From Eledone cirrhosa (Eukaryota), in NCBI GenBank assembly GCA_964016885.1, contig OZ024740.1, positions 139,128,001 through 139,192,000 on the forward strand: a DNA stretch of 64,000 nt, read 5' to 3'. Shown piece after piece: positions 13,736-27,869 of the stretch. The position numbers were made by a program, and so were the translations under genes. The notes beneath the pieces were generated by a model that searched no databases, was not told the origin of the DNA, and saw only the letters and a program-made list of their open reading frames with translations. The number at the start of each line of letters is the position of its first letter. Position 1 is the stretch's first letter.

Positions 13736-13787
13736 GACAATACAATGCTGACGAGATCTAATAGATCGAAACATCTCCACAATTGTC
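13736..13787 (+). ncRNA. Type I hammerhead ribozyme motif
   Basis: GACAAT..TG-CTGACGA-GATCT-AAT-AGATC-GAAA-CATC-TC-CA..ATTGTC. Perfect stem II, weak stem III. Confidence 0.65.
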
Positions 13788-14884
13788 CTTCATCTGCCAA
13801 AAATATATGAATTTCCTTCCCTGAATCTTCTAAGTTTCCTTTGAAAAATTATTTCATAATTTCTTAGAATTATGTCCCCTTTTGAGAGTCACTAATGATT
13901 TCCTTTAGTTTTTTACCTCTTTTTCTCAAACTAAGAGGCAAATTTCCCCCAAATGGTTTACATATAGCATTAAACTATATGACATTCGATTGGCAACCGA
14001 AAAATCAAATTGGCGTCTCTAAATTATGCCCTCTAATACTTTCCCATCACCATTGAAATAACTATAAAATCTAATAACGCATCTTTCGCGCCAACTTAGT
14101 CACTTTACAAACCAGAAGTAACAGCCAGTTTTTCCTCGAAATTATCTCCTATCGGTAACATATTGGAAAATGTAGTCCTTTATATAAAAAGGTGGAATGG
14201 TTACGGCTAGAATGCCGTTGATCTTAGGTCAGCGAGATAAGGATTCAATTGGGGCTAAACAGAAACAAACAGCAAATTGAGTCGTCCGAGCGTCGGATAG
14301 ACTGCCTTACATTATTAGTTCTGGTTCTTTTCGCCCTGAGTTCAAATATTGCCGAACTCAGCTTTGTCTTTTAACCTTTTTAGGTCGATAGATAAAGTAC
14401 CAAATCTAGGTTAATGGAATGGCGAAATTGTGAGAGTGTCAGCCGAGATGTTTCCCCGTATCTTATCTGTCTCTTTGAGTTCTCAGTAGAAATTCCATTT
14501 AGATAACAGTGATCACGGATAGTCACTTGACCACGGGTACACCCCGTTCTATTTGCAATTGGCCAACAGGAGAAGGTAGGTTTTAAAGTAGCATAGTTAT
14601 CGAGGCTTCATCTATCAGTGAATCGTAATCCCTCGCAATTTCATTTCGATTCTAGAGTTGTTCTATATACGATTACACGTGGAAAATGTATAAGATCTAC
14701 AACCTCTAATCTCACTGCTACTAACCTTTAGAGACTTTTTGTTGTTCCATTAGTATAGAGGAAGGAATGAAAATATTTTCAATAAGGCTCATTTATATGC
14801 CATGGGGACCAGAAATCTGGTGTTTCGGTTCTGCTCCTTCGTCTGTTGCACACACACCACCACCCCGCGCATAATACATACATA

Positions 14885-15982
14885 TATGATGGCTGCCAAC
14901 TCGTTTTCGAGTACGGCCACTACTTTATATCCATGTAGGAGAACCCCTACCGATACGCTGAACGAGTGTGACTTTTTAGTCCAGCCAGCGACTTGAAAAC
15001 TCTGGTACAAACACTACACTTTTGACAATTATTGACACATAGTGCTGGGCCCATGGTACCATGTGACAACAAGTGCAGAGAGATCTCCAGATATAAAGCA
15101 ATGCCTGTGCCGTGAAGCTTTTATAGTGAGCAAAGGCACTGCACAAAGCCAGTCCCACTCTCTTAACCAAGATGATATTTACCAAAAAGAAGAACATGTC
15201 AACATCATTGGATATCATCAGGGTTGGAGGTGTTACATCAGAGTTTTCCTTCTCCTAGAATTCTGCCTTGACAAAGGCTAAGGGGTCATCTCTCCCGGTG
15301 ATTTTGGATGGCCATTGACTCTTAAGAGCTCCTTTTCCCTTTGACAGGTTTTGTTTTTAGTCCTGCATGATGTCCAAAGTCACTCTCCTCACCAAGAAAC
15401 CTTGGTGGGGCTGCCAGTTTAGTCGCCAACGACCCGACCATGAGACAGGTTGAACTGGGATACATGTTACCAGTAGCATCAACTGGTGACCTGACATACA
15501 TACATACATACATACATACATACATACATACATACATACATACATACATACATACATACATACATACATACATGGTGGCTGCCAACTCGTTTTCGAGTAC
15601 GGCCACTACTTTATATCCATGTAGGAGAACTCCCACCGGTGCGCTGAACGAGTGTGACTTTTTAGTCCAGCCAGTGACTTGAAAACTCTGGTACAAACAC
15701 TACACTTGTGACAAATATTGACACATAGTGCTGGGTCCATGATACCATGTGATGACAAGTGCAGAGAGATCTCCAGATATAAAGCAATGCCTGTGCCGTG
15801 AAGCTTTTATAGTGAGCAAAGGCACTGCACAAAGCCAGTCCCACTCTCTTAACCAAGATGATATTTACCAAAAAGAAGAACAAGTCAACATCATTGGATA
15901 CCATCAGAGTTGCAGGTGTTATATCAGAGTTTTCCTTCTCCTAGAATTCTGCCTTGACAAAGGCTAAGGGGTCATCTCTCCC
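14885..15982 (-). mobile_element. Two tandem copies of a non-autonomous RTE-derived retroelement with (TATG)n tails
   Basis: 14885-15300 is repeated at 15572-15982, separated and flanked by (CATA)n. Carries RTE-like CTAGGAGAAGGAAAACTCTGA and a 3' CTCGA..ACGAG stem. Diverged copy at 21392-21680. Confidence 0.65.
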
Positions 15983-16579
15983 ATACATACATACATACAT
16001 ACATACATACATACATACATACATACATACATACATACATACATACATACATACATACAGCTAAACACTTTCCATCAAAGGTGCCTGTGTAAGATTCTAA
16101 AGGTCACCTGACGAGATCGTGTGAGGAACGAAGAGAACCTGCGGAGAACAGGGTTGTGTACACTGCAGGAAATCGTCGCCCTGAAAAATGATTCATTCGT
16201 AAAAATTCATCATTACAAGTCACCTCTAGAACAAAGGGCATATTGGTTATGTAGTCCAGAATCGTGGAGAGTGGACAGAATTTGGAACATTATCAAACAA
16301 TTTCCACGAAATTCTGCCTCGTTTACGGACTTTCAGGGTACATAACTCTTTTTCCTTTTCTATTTCTTATTTATCTCCCTTCGATTACATTACAGTACGT
16401 ATGCCTGTATAGTGTAAACAAATCACAAACAGGCTGCTTATTTCATAAAACAATTCTCTCTTATTCCTTTCTTCCCCCACCCCTTCTCTTTCTCTTTCTC
16501 TTTATATATATATATATTAGGTATTGATTTGACAATGCAAATAATAACAAAAAGTCGAGTTATTTTACCTATCCATATC

Positions 16580-16705
16580 ATTGTTTTACGATCGTTTCCA
16601 AGGGTTGATCATATTGACATACTGACTGATCTATAGCGCTTATATAACTGTATACTATCAGACTTCATATATAGGTTCGATCAGACCGTCTTCTTCGGAA
16701 ACAAT
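16580..16705 (-). ncRNA. Variant hammerhead motif (CCGAAGA core, long stem II)
   Basis: Minus strand ATTGTTT-CCGAAGA...GAAA-CGATCG-TA-AAACAAT. 7-bp stem I, palindromic stem III. The 3' part is duplicated at about 17480-17558. Confidence 0.6.
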
Positions 16706-16746
16706 CTACGGTACTGACGCTACCACCAAGAGTAGACCACATTGAA

Positions 16747-16784
<38 letters not shown>

Positions 16785-16790
16785 ATATAT

Positions 16791-17155
16791 ATACATTATG
16801 AAGAGAGAAGAAACATTTAGATATAATTAGTAATAAAATGTATCATACCTAAACTGCTCCTAAATTCCTCGACTACGTAGTTTCGTGGCATAAACAAAAA
16901 CAATATATCATGAAGATATAGAGTCCTTGCGAGGTCTGCCGACTTATCAAGAGGATACCTCATTTTACTAGTCTCAAGAACGCGTCTACACGACGTGAGA
17001 AAGTCGGCAGACCTCGCAAGGACTCTATATCTTCATGATATATTGTTTTTGTTTATGCCACGAAACTACGTAGTCGAGGAATTTAGGAGCAGTTTAGGTA
17101 TGATACATTTTATTACTAATTATATCTAAATGTTTCTTCTCTCTTCATAATGTAT
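16791..17155. repeat. 155-bp inverted repeat containing a variant hammerhead (16867-16954, minus)
   Basis: 16791-16945 is inverted to 17001-17155. Minus strand CCTC-TTGATAA-GTCGGCA...TGCCAC-GAAA-CTACGTAG-TC-GAGG. Confidence 0.8.
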
Positions 17156-17614
17156 TTTTAACTCTGATACTGGTTCAGTCTAGTTCAACTAAATTGGTCT
17201 GTCCCAGTCATTCATTGAGCAACATCGGTGAAGTTGGCACCCTTAACTCACAGTTGGGTGCGGATGCATTCATGTATATATGTGTGTGTGTCCGCATGTA
17301 TCTGTGTGTTTCTAATTATATATATATATATATATATATTGCTTAATATAGAAATGACTTCTACAAGACTAGAACTGTTTCATTGGAAGGAAATCATCAG
17401 GAAAGCCGAAATGGGGGGGATGGGGGTAACCACAGTAAACAAGGTACTGGATACACACACACGTGTGTGAATATATATAACAATGAAAATAATAACAACA
17501 AAGTCGAGTTATTTTACCTATTCATATCATTGTTTTAAGATTGTTTCGGCGGGTTGATGTGTGTGTACGAGTGTGTGTGTGTACGAGTGTGTGTGTACGA
17601 GTGTGTCTGTGTGC

Positions 17615-17684
<70 letters not shown>

Positions 17685-17688
<4 letters not shown>

Positions 17689-18104
17689 TTGTAGACACCT
17701 GACCACTTTTGCAGACCTCGCCATCCTTTAACAGATCATATTAATACAGCCACTTAATGAAAACCCTTTGCTTAGAATAAATGAACCTTGAAAATTAGGA
17801 GTGTCTGCATTTGTATCATTCTGTATTTTACTCTAAATATAGGTTTTTTTCTAAGAATCCCCATTCTTTAAATCCATCAGCCAATGACCTACACCCTTCC
17901 TAATCACCACCAGAAAATATATAAATACCACCATATCACATTGATTTAAAGAATGTGATACAAAACATATTGATACAAATGCAGACACTCCTAATTTTCA
18001 AGGTTCATTTATTCTAAGCAAAGGGTTTTCATTAAGTGGGTGTATTAATACGATCTGTTAAAGGATGGTAAGGTCTGCAAAAATGGTCAGGTGTCTACAA
18101 TCAC
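17685..18104. repeat. About 134-bp inverted repeat between microsatellites
   Basis: 17685-17818 is inverted to 17971-18104 with few mismatches. Confidence 0.85.
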
Positions 18105-18112
18105 CCCCATCC

Positions 18113-18157
<45 letters not shown>

Positions 18158-18648
18158 TACGTGTGCGTGTATTGAGTACCTTACTTACTGTGGTTAGCCC
18201 CGATTGAACCCGGGATACACACACACACACACACACATACACACACACACACACATACACACACACACACATCTATATATTGGGTTTTTTTACGTTTCAA
18301 ACTTTTGTCATCATATGCGTCATCATAATATTACAAATAAAAAGAGAAAAAAGGGAAGGGAAAAAGAAAAAAAACAACACACAAGCAGGTAATACACACA
18401 TCTAGGACCACATACAACAAAAGGCAGGTGAAAGGGGTGGACAAACGAACCGCTGCCAGAACAAAAGGTTTTTTTCTTTTTCCTTTCCCTTTTCTCTTTT
18501 TTTTTTATTTCATCTCAGTAACGTTGCCATTGTAGTGAACTGTCTGTCATCTTCTGCGATCGATATATGTGAGTATGCTAGAGTATCTAGCTGTCAATAA
18601 CCGCCACATTTACTTCTAGCGTCCTGCTCCCAACACTATGATTTAAAG

Positions 18649-18968
18649 CAGGGGTGTGCAACATATTCCAGTGGCGGGCTACTTTTGAACATTGGAACAA
18701 GTATTAGGGCCATTAATATTTATTAAGCACTATTCCAAAGATTCACAACTTATTTCCATAACATGGAACTGGATGGGAAATTATAACACACATAACCCTA
18801 TCAGTGAAGCCCTTTAGTATAGGTCAACTAACAGAAAATTGTATTACGGTTACGAAAAAAATTCTAAATAAGCCTACAAGGTAAAAATTAAAAACGTTCA
18901 TGGCAGGCCACTCTGATTGGTCTGACGGACCGGATTGTGACCCGCAGGCCGCCTGTTGCATGCCCCTG
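18649..18968. mobile_element. hAT-superfamily MITE
   Basis: TIRs CAGGGGTGTGCAAC / GTTGCATGCCCCTG; exact 8-bp TSD ATTTAAAG on both sides. Confidence 0.9.
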
Positions 18969-19435
18969 ATTTAAAGATTTACTCTTATGAGATACCGTGA
19001 TCCTGATGAGGGTGGCTAGCAGGTACCATGCCTTGCCAAAGGGTAACTCGTATTCTGTCCGACACTGCTTATTCTGTATATTCGCAGTTAACCTCTAGAT
19101 CTAGAGAATTCGCCCTATTTGCAGCATGGGGAGCCGTTGGATTATATCAGAGCTATAAAATAAACTGATGATGTATAATAAAATGATAATATAATATAAT
19201 ATAATTAAAAAAACTAAGAGTATAAAAGTTAAAAAGTTAAAAAAATAAAAGGATATTTTATTTACAATTTCACACACAATATATAAGCATAAACTCACAT
19301 GATTTCCTACGCAATTTGATGGGTTTTGCTTTTCGTCTTACAGGATGTCCAATAATAAACCCTCCTCACCAAGAAAGCTTGCTGGAGTTGCCGGTCGACC
19401 ACCTGACCATGCCCTGACATGACAAAATTTGTTCT

Positions 19436-20225
19436 CATATTTTGTTGAAGGCATTTCTCATGTTTAGCTTCACAAGGAGGTGGGGTGACGAAGCAGGCAC
19501 GTGCTCTATAAAGTGTCTGGTCGCATGAGCTGCAGCCTTACATCCGCACTTGATTACCACACCGAGCTGGACAGGGCTTAGCGCCTCGCTCAGGTCGTCT
19601 TTGATTGACTTGTAAGCTATCTTGGCTGCAAATTGACGGAAGACGTTGTTCACTGCGACGGGTTGGGCGCCTCCGTTATTCTTCCTCAGAGCAATCAGAA
19701 GTGCTGAGAAGAAAAGATCGTGGGCATGACAGAGCATGTTGACTCGGAGAAGACTGTATACAAATGTCCAACGTAATTGGGATGACATCAAGTGCAGATC
19801 TTCTTTCAGGCGGATAGAGCTTGGTTTGGACAAACACCATCTTACCTGCCTCCGATCTGCTTCACAACCAAACAGCGATGCGTGGCTCAATTCGTAGCCC
19901 TCCTCATCAACCGGTACCCTTCTTTATCACGAGTGCACTCGCATAGAAGTGGCCAAACGCCTTGGTTTCCGCGTGTGTGTGCCACACAAATGGCGTTGTG
20001 GGGCTGTCGTTGACAAGTTTGGCCTGTATCTACTGCCATACCGCCAGGGCGCAGGCCGGTTCCCCCGACTTTCCACTCTCAATGACATATTGAGAAGGAG
20101 CCTGGATGCAGCTGGCTTCCCATCACAACTAGAACCAGCTGACCTCGACCGCGGAGATGGGAAGCGCCCTGATGGAATTACCCTCTTTCCATTCGAAAGA
20201 GATAGATCCCTCATCTGATACGTTC
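19436..20225. mobile_element. CRE-like non-LTR retrotransposon relic with internal inversion
   Basis: Minus-strand RT segment (QLGV..GC.AAAHA..LVKLNMRNAFN) abuts a plus-strand RLE segment (GRFPR...LNDILRRSL...LEP...DGKRPDGITLFPF). Confidence 0.75.
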
Positions 20226-21959
20226 TCCGTTTCCAACGTAGTAGCTTCGCCATAAACCCAGAAATTTATGTTTCAATAATGAGAAATTTGTACTTATAGA
20301 ATTCGTGGATAAACATATTTAGTTAGAAAGTGAACCGATAGCTTTGTATCGCCATTATTTATCCTGTATTCATTATATATAGCATTGGTTACAGTCCAGA
20401 AAATTAAATACATACAGAACACACACATAATATATAGGAGGCTCAGCTGTCATTTCGTTAGACAGGACACTTTGTAGAATAATTATTTCAATGATTCTTT
20501 TCTCCCGTTTCTTTTCAACTTTCTGTTTCTTTTCAGTGTTTTCTCTTCTTTTCTTTAACCTTCTTATTAGATATGTTGTCTTTTCCCGTGTTGATCGTAA
20601 ACTTCTGTGTATTATATCTATAAGGTTCCATGAATTCCATTCCATTGTAAAACAATCTCACTCGCTGGTTTAACTTTTTTTCTTGGTGGGTAGCAACACG
20701 TGGTTGAGTGTTGCTACTGACGCTAGTAGAGCCCCAAGAAAGCACGTCCACACAGTTCGGCTGATCCTTAAGAAATATCAACCAATCGATAAATCAAATC
20801 AGTTAATAAGAAAAAAGATATATATCTATACATAAATATAAGATAAATGTGTGTAATGAATAAAATAAAAAGTACATTAAATACTGAGTTTCCTTATATC
20901 AAGGGAAACAACTCCACAACACATTAAAATAGAGTTATGTTTCTTTTATATATTTACAAGAGGGTAGAAAGAAAGAGTGGAAAATAGTGTGAAAAACACG
21001 AAAATAAATACAAAGGTGAGAGATTACCTGGTTTTGGCAGAGGAAAACAATGGTTATTGGGAACCAAGGACTCCGTAAGTTTCGATGGCGTGAAGATATT
21101 TTAGATTTTAAACATGGAGAAAAAAAAACCTATATTTATATGAATATTCTTTTTATTCTTTTATTGGATTCAGCCAATTGACTCTCGCCATGCTGGCACA
21201 TCTCTTATCGATCCAAATTTATCGAATCACTGAGTTGCGTCGCTTGTGGAAGAGATAGCCAAGAAAAATACTAACATTTATAGTGATTCAAGCGGTATAC
21301 AATAACACACACATGTACATACATCCATACATACATACATACATACATACATACATACATACATACATACATACATACATACATACATACATGATGGCTG
21401 CCCCCTCGTTATCGAGTATGACTATTGCACGATATACCATTATTAATAATTATTAATTAATTCCATCGTGCAATGCCTGTGCGTGAAGATATTTTTTAAA
21501 GTAAGGAAAGACAGTGCACTGAGCCAATCCCACTCTCTGAGCGACAGTAGCTATAACCCGAAAAGAAGAAAAGATCAACATCATCAGTAACTACTGAACC
21601 GCAGGTTTTATATCGGAATTATCCCAGTTTCCTGAGTTGCCTTCTCCTAGAAGAATGCCTTGACAAAGGCTAGTGGTCCTTCACATACATACATAGTGGA
21701 AGCCAACTCGAGTCCAAGTACAGCCATTTCTAAGAACAAAGAAAGAAAAAACAAAGACATTCGCAAAATCGTGATATTGATGTTGCTATTGCTGTTGCAT
21801 CATGACAGGAAGTGACATACATGTCATACCACACAGTTAGGCTGGACTGTAGGGAAGCATTCTGTTCTGTGTCCCATTCTTGGGTGATGGAGGCCCTCCG
21901 ACTAAAGTCCCAGACACCATTATCGGAGCCATAGAGAACCTACCTTCTTTCTGGGCCAC

Positions 21960-23470
21960 TATCCTGATGTTAAATATAGAGAAGGAGAACTCTATTTTCA
22001 TTGATAAAATAGAATATTATAGGGGTATATTTCAAAGAGACAGTCTCCTTGTGTCACTATTTATACTGTCATTAAACCTTTCGTCCTTGTTGCTGAAGAA
22101 ATATGAAGCACACATAATTGTTTGTGGATGACCTGAAACTTTATGCCAAGAACATAATTGGGATGAAGAAAATATTGACATGGTTATGACGTTCTCGAAA
22201 GCTATAGGAAGGGAGTTTGGCCAGGATAAATGTTTATATATGATTGTATAGCGGGGGGGGGGGGGGGGGGGGACTACGAGCCAATCTAGCAACATTTCTG
22301 GCTGTTTCACTGGTATCTGACAAGGACGGCTACAGATATTTAGGGATAGATGAAAATATCTTCTATGATAGTATTGGTAACAAGGAACGCGTAACCAGGG
22401 ACTATAATACCCGAATAAGAAAAAAATATGGTCTCCTGAACTCTCTACGCAAAATAGATCAATAACCCATATTGTGTTTACTGTGCCTATCCTGATAACA
22501 ACATTTGGAATACTTGACTGGACGCTAGATGAAATCCGGGTCATTGATGATAACATCTCCAAATCGATCGCCTCTACCTGAAACGTAAGCAGGGAGGGTC
22601 AGAGGCTTAACATCAGTACAGACAACATTTGAGTGGTGCATCATATTCCTTTGTCATCTACAAACCACCAAGCTCATCTATTGAACTTTGTCTATATGAG
22701 GCAGTTAACATCATAGGTATTAGGAAGGAGATTCTTGAGAAATACTCCCTGTATGATAACCAAAAATTCCCACCCAGAGAAATTTAAGAAAAACTGCATG
22801 GCTATGTTGCGAGGAAGCTTCAAGTTGAGAGTAATATAGATATGCAAAATAGTCTATCTTGGACCAATAACTGCTATATTGGCTCCCTCTTTGAAAGATA
22901 TGCTTTTGCAATCCAAGAACAGGAAATAACTACAAAATACCTGGTTCACAAAAGAGATAGGGACGCAGGAAAAAGACCTAGTAAATGTGACAACAAATGC
23001 AGACTCTGCGGAATTAACATTGAAGATGTCACCCATATCATAAGCAGATGCCGAAAGATGTCATCACAGTACTCTACGTATGAAGCATGGTGTAGTAGCC
23101 AAAATGCAATCCGTAGAAAGGATAGCTTCGACAATAAACATAAAACGTTACTTCAACGTGGAGGACATATACATACATTATATGAAAGAGTACTCGTAGA
23201 AGGTTCCAATTAAAACCCCAATAAAATGCAAACAGAACAAACCAGACATAGTGATATGGGACAAAGAAAAGAAGGCATACACAATAATGGAAATCAGCTG
23301 TACAGTAGAGATGTGAAACAGAGACCATTTATGCTGAACGAAAGAGAAATCTGCAGATACTTCACGCTGACTATACATTTAGATTTGTACCTGTGATCAT
23401 TGGGGCTTTTGGATACGTTACTAACTGTCTTAGTACAAATCCTGAGAAGTTGGGCTTCACAGAACCAGAA
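21960..23470 (+). mobile_element. Degenerate R4/Dong-like non-LTR retrotransposon (RT plus RLE)
   Basis: Frameshifted motifs RGIFQRDSL, LFVDDLKL, CRLCG..IEDVTHIISRC, NKPDIVIWDK. Confidence 0.75.
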
Positions 23471-23899
23471 CTATATAGATATATATAAGTATAGACACAG
23501 AAACATATGCACGTGTACACATAACTCAAAACATGCATATCCACACGTACAATAATATTCATACCGGCCCGCGCGCGCATAAACACTCTCACAAAAAAAA
23601 CACATTCAGAAATATAAATGTGTCTACCTTGTTGATGTCTCAATTCCAATGAAAGAGAAGATAAGTGCCACATGGCTCTGATAATGGTCTGGGACTTTAG
23701 CACGCCGGGGGGCCTCTATCACCCATAAGTGGGGAACAGAATCGAACCTATGTTAGAAACCGGCTCTCTCTCTATTGGTGGAAATTTAAAAAGTAATAAA
23801 ATCAGAAGAACGTACATACATACATGTATCCATCCATCCATACATACATACATACATACATACATACATACATACATACATACATACATACATACATAC

Positions 23900-26146
23900 A
23901 GTGTCTGGCTGAAGAATTTCACCTTCTGTCGGCAAGATCTCATACGGCTGTTCAAAGGCACACAAGAACTGCCCCAATGGTTATCAATTGCCACTACTCT
24001 CCTCATCCCCCAAAATAGCCAAACTACCCTTGCTAAAAATTACCGCCCAATAGCCTGCCAGAACATCATATATAAATGATACATAGGTGCCTTAATCTGT
24101 TCTTACAGGATCATTGTGCCACCAACAACGTTATAACACCTGAGCAAGCTGGTAGAAAGAAGTGGATGTGGGGCTGCATAGATCACCTAAATGATACAGG
24201 AAAAAACAGCAAAGAATCGCAGGAACATGACTGTGGTGTTGCTGGACAATCAGAAGGCTTTTGATAGTGTACCTCATGGGTGGATTATTAAGACTTTACA
24301 GTTAGCCAAAGTCCCACAACCACTAGTAGCTGCTATTGAACGCCTGACCAAGAACTGGTACACTAATTTGTTCCTTAGGGATGAGAAGGAGTAAATTAAG
24401 ACTGATACAATACACTACCAGAAAGGCATCTTTCAGGGTGATAGCTTATCAGTGCTGTTCTTCGTCCTCTCACTAAACCCACTATCATACCTGCTCACAA
24501 AACAAAGTGGTCATAGAAGTGGACCCAGAAGTATCTCCCATCTTTTCTTTGTTGATGACCTGAAGTTGTATGGGCCGAATACCAACTATATAAAAAAACA
24601 ATTGGTCCTCATTGCACAATTTACTGCAGACATCAAAATGAAATTTTGTGAATCCAAATGTGTATATTTGACAGTAAAACGTGGAAGGGCTGCAGCCCCC
24701 CCCCCCCTGGAAATCTAGAGATGAACGGCTTGACAATACAACCTCTACAGTCAGGTGACAACTACAGATATCTTGGACATGAGAATGTCAGATATGATGG
24801 ACCCATAAATAAGGAGAGAACCAGAACTCAATACCTCAGGAGAGTAAAGAAAATATGCTCATCAGAACTATCAGCGTACAACAAATACATTGCCCACAAT
24901 ACTTATGTTGTGCCAATCCTAACGCCAACACATTTGGTCTGCTGAGCTGGTCATTGCAAGAACTAAGTGAGATGTATGTAAGAACTCGCAAGCTTCTCAG
25001 AGTTACTGGAAGCTTTAACAACCATGTGATATGGATAGGCTATAATTCTCACGCAAGGAAGGTGGCCGGGGTCTAAAATCAATATTAACATCATACGAGA
25101 CCCGGATAGTAATACTGAAGCAACATATTCAACAGAAAAAAAAAGGTCTGCAACCATCTTTGCCCAGGTTTATATGCATGAAGGAAACAGCATCATTAGA
25201 ATAGCCACTGATCTGGAAGAGAGATATGGAATAAGGCCTGATATGAATCTTTCTCCCAGGAAATTAGAAGATCCTATTCAATGTTCAAACAAGATAAGAA
25301 AATGCACCAATTTACAGAGAAAGTTGTGCATGGATACCTGAGATGAAAAACCCAGACCATAGAGGGGATAAATAATTCAAAAAGCTTGGCATGGAGTTCC
25401 GACAAGTTTATGACATCCCACATTGAAGGATATCTCCAAGAAATCCCCACCAAATATCTGTTACACAAAGCACAAAGGAGGAGGCTATCAGTCGACAATG
25501 AATGTAGGCTATGTAAAGCAAAGATCGAAGATGTTAGCCAAATTATTGTCAACTGCGAAAGAATGTCGTCTCGTTACTACATCCGTATGAGACACGATGT
25601 GATAGCTAGAACCATCTGGAACGCACTTATGAAAACAAATGAGGATGAGGAGGAACATGCTGAGATAGATGGTACTAAGGAATACTGGTGGAACCTGAAA
25701 ATAAAAACTGCCACCAAATTAAAGCACAACCGGCCTGATATTGTTGTGTGGGACCACACATTGAAAGCGTGCTCTGTTGTAGAGACTAGCTGCCCACTTG
25801 ATGTCAACGTTGTAAGAAAAATACAATACAAGGAGGATATCTACTGACCGTTGATGAGGAGTTTGCAGATCCAGTATCCAAGACACACCTTTAGCTTCAT
25901 ACCCATCATTATAGGAGCTACAGTTTATAAACCAACCCGCTTGGACCAAAATATAACTGAACTTGGATTTGTGGACAAAGAGCGCAGCTGACTAATTCAT
26001 AGAGTACAAATGGCTGCGATAGCAGGCACCTTCAAAATTTGCAAAACATTCTTGTGATTCAAGGGATGACAATTTCTTTTCTATTACAACCTTGCCACCA
26101 GGAAGATGGCCGGTCAAAAATGTACTCGGAATTAAGAGAAAGAGAA
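23900..26146 (+). mobile_element. 5'-truncated R4/Dong-like non-LTR retrotransposon in (CATA)n
   Basis: KNYRPIAC, KAFDSVPHGW, GIFQGDSLS, LFFVDDLKLY, CRLC..IEDVSQIIVNC, RHD, RPDIVVWD..VETSCP; (CATA)n on both sides. Confidence 0.85.
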
Positions 26147-26434
26147 ACATATACATACATACATAGATACATAGCAAAAACAACCAGAACATAAGCCAAA
26201 GAACAACTTGTATCTCTATCTCTCTTTATTTCTTTCTTTCTTTTTCTCTTTCTTTTTCTCTTTCTTTTTCTCTTTCTTTTTCTCTTTCTTTTTCTCTTTC
26301 TTTTTCTCTTTCTTTTTCTCTTTCTTTTTCACTTTCTTTTTCTCTTTCTTTTTCTCTTTCTTTTCTCTTTCTTTTTCTCTTTCTTTTTCTCTTTCTTTTT
26401 CTCTTTCTTTTTCTCTTTCTTTTTCTCTCTCTCC

Positions 26435-26470
<36 letters not shown>

Positions 26471-26719
26471 GTGTGTTAGGTTGGCTGCGTGTGCGCACGT
26501 GTGTGCGTGTGTGCGTGCGTGCGTGTGCGTGTGCGTGCGTGTGCGTGCGTGCCCGTACGTGTGTGTGTTTTGTGGCTGCCAATAAACCATCTGGAAATGA
26601 GGATAAATATAAACTGATGTTTCATACGCCCCCCCCCCCCCCCCCCCCCACTCACCCCTTCATCCCCTCATCTCCCGCAAAAAACCCAATAAACCTATTC
26701 TTGACTCAGAACCGAGAGA

Positions 26720-26774
26720 GTAAATGTCACCGATGAAGGATAAATTTCAAGAAACATTTGACTGACATATTTAC
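26720..26774 (+). ncRNA. Degenerate hammerhead motif
   Basis: ATGTCA-CCGATGA-AGGATAAATTTCAA-GAAA-CATTTG-AC-TGACAT. 6-bp stem I, two core deviations. Confidence 0.45.
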
Positions 26775-27119
26775 CGGCTACGGAAATAACTGTGGCTTGA
26801 TGTTTACAGCTTAAAACATTCATAGTGAGACTCTGGTATGATTATTATGCATACATATATCGAATATGCCTCTCTATATCCACCTCAATTATGAACCACG
26901 CTATGTTAGTGCTATCGCTAATTTATCCTAGCCAGTAAAGTTTCACCCTGTATGAGTATAAACTTTAGATAACGCTTGTCTCAGTACCGAGTGAGTAAAT
27001 GTTACTTATGATGAAATAAGAAGAAAAACAGAAATAAGTGTCTGTTATCCTACTGAGATAACTGTGTTATGATCACAGCTTTAATACTCATAGCGAAACT
27101 CTTGTATATTTATTATACA

Positions 27120-27429
27120 CTAGCAGTGGTACCCGGCGTTGCACGGGATAAGGTATTTTGGAACGCGGGCCGCCACAACAAAAATGCAGGTTTTCACCTA
27201 AGGTGAAAAAAAAAATGAATTTTTTTATGTGCATAATATGCCTTGAAATTTCGGGAAAATAGGCTAGACGTAACGCCACAAAAAAGCCCCAACAAGCTGA
27301 AAAAAAACGTAGCTTTTCACCTAATGCGGGTCCTAATGAGTGCATAACACTCCCTGAAACATAAGAAATACACATGTAAAGTTTGAAAAAAATCGGTTTG
27401 GTACTTCTCGAATTTTAGGGATTCAAACT

Positions 27430-27489
<60 letters not shown>

Positions 27490-27490
27490 C
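27120..27490 (-). mobile_element. Non-autonomous Helitron, internally deleted or 5'-truncated
   Basis: Minus strand CCCGTGCAACGCCGGG hairpin then CTAG|T; homologous to 35766-36378. Confidence 0.75.
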
Positions 27491-27753
27491 ACAGATATAT
27501 ATATATTGGTAGCTTAGTTCGAATATAGCTGTCAAACGGCCGAAGCTCAGCCGTCGGGGTCCTGACACTTTTCCTATCTCCCACTCTACTACCCTAAGTA
27601 TTGAGTACTCTGGTGCGTTATGGTCCACCTGGTATCTTACCACACCCTCTTTGTTGTTTGTTTATATATATATATATATATATATAGTGGTAGAACACTG
27701 GAAGGTAATATCCATAGTGGTAGAGCACTCAGACAATGGGACGACTTAGGTAG

Positions 27754-27869
27754 AAGTGGTTACACACCAGTTAGTTCACCATACCGAGAACAATTGTTTC
27801 ACCTTAGCGGATCCTCAGCTCGTAATGGACAATTGTTCTCGGTATGGTGAACTAACTGTTGTGTAACCA

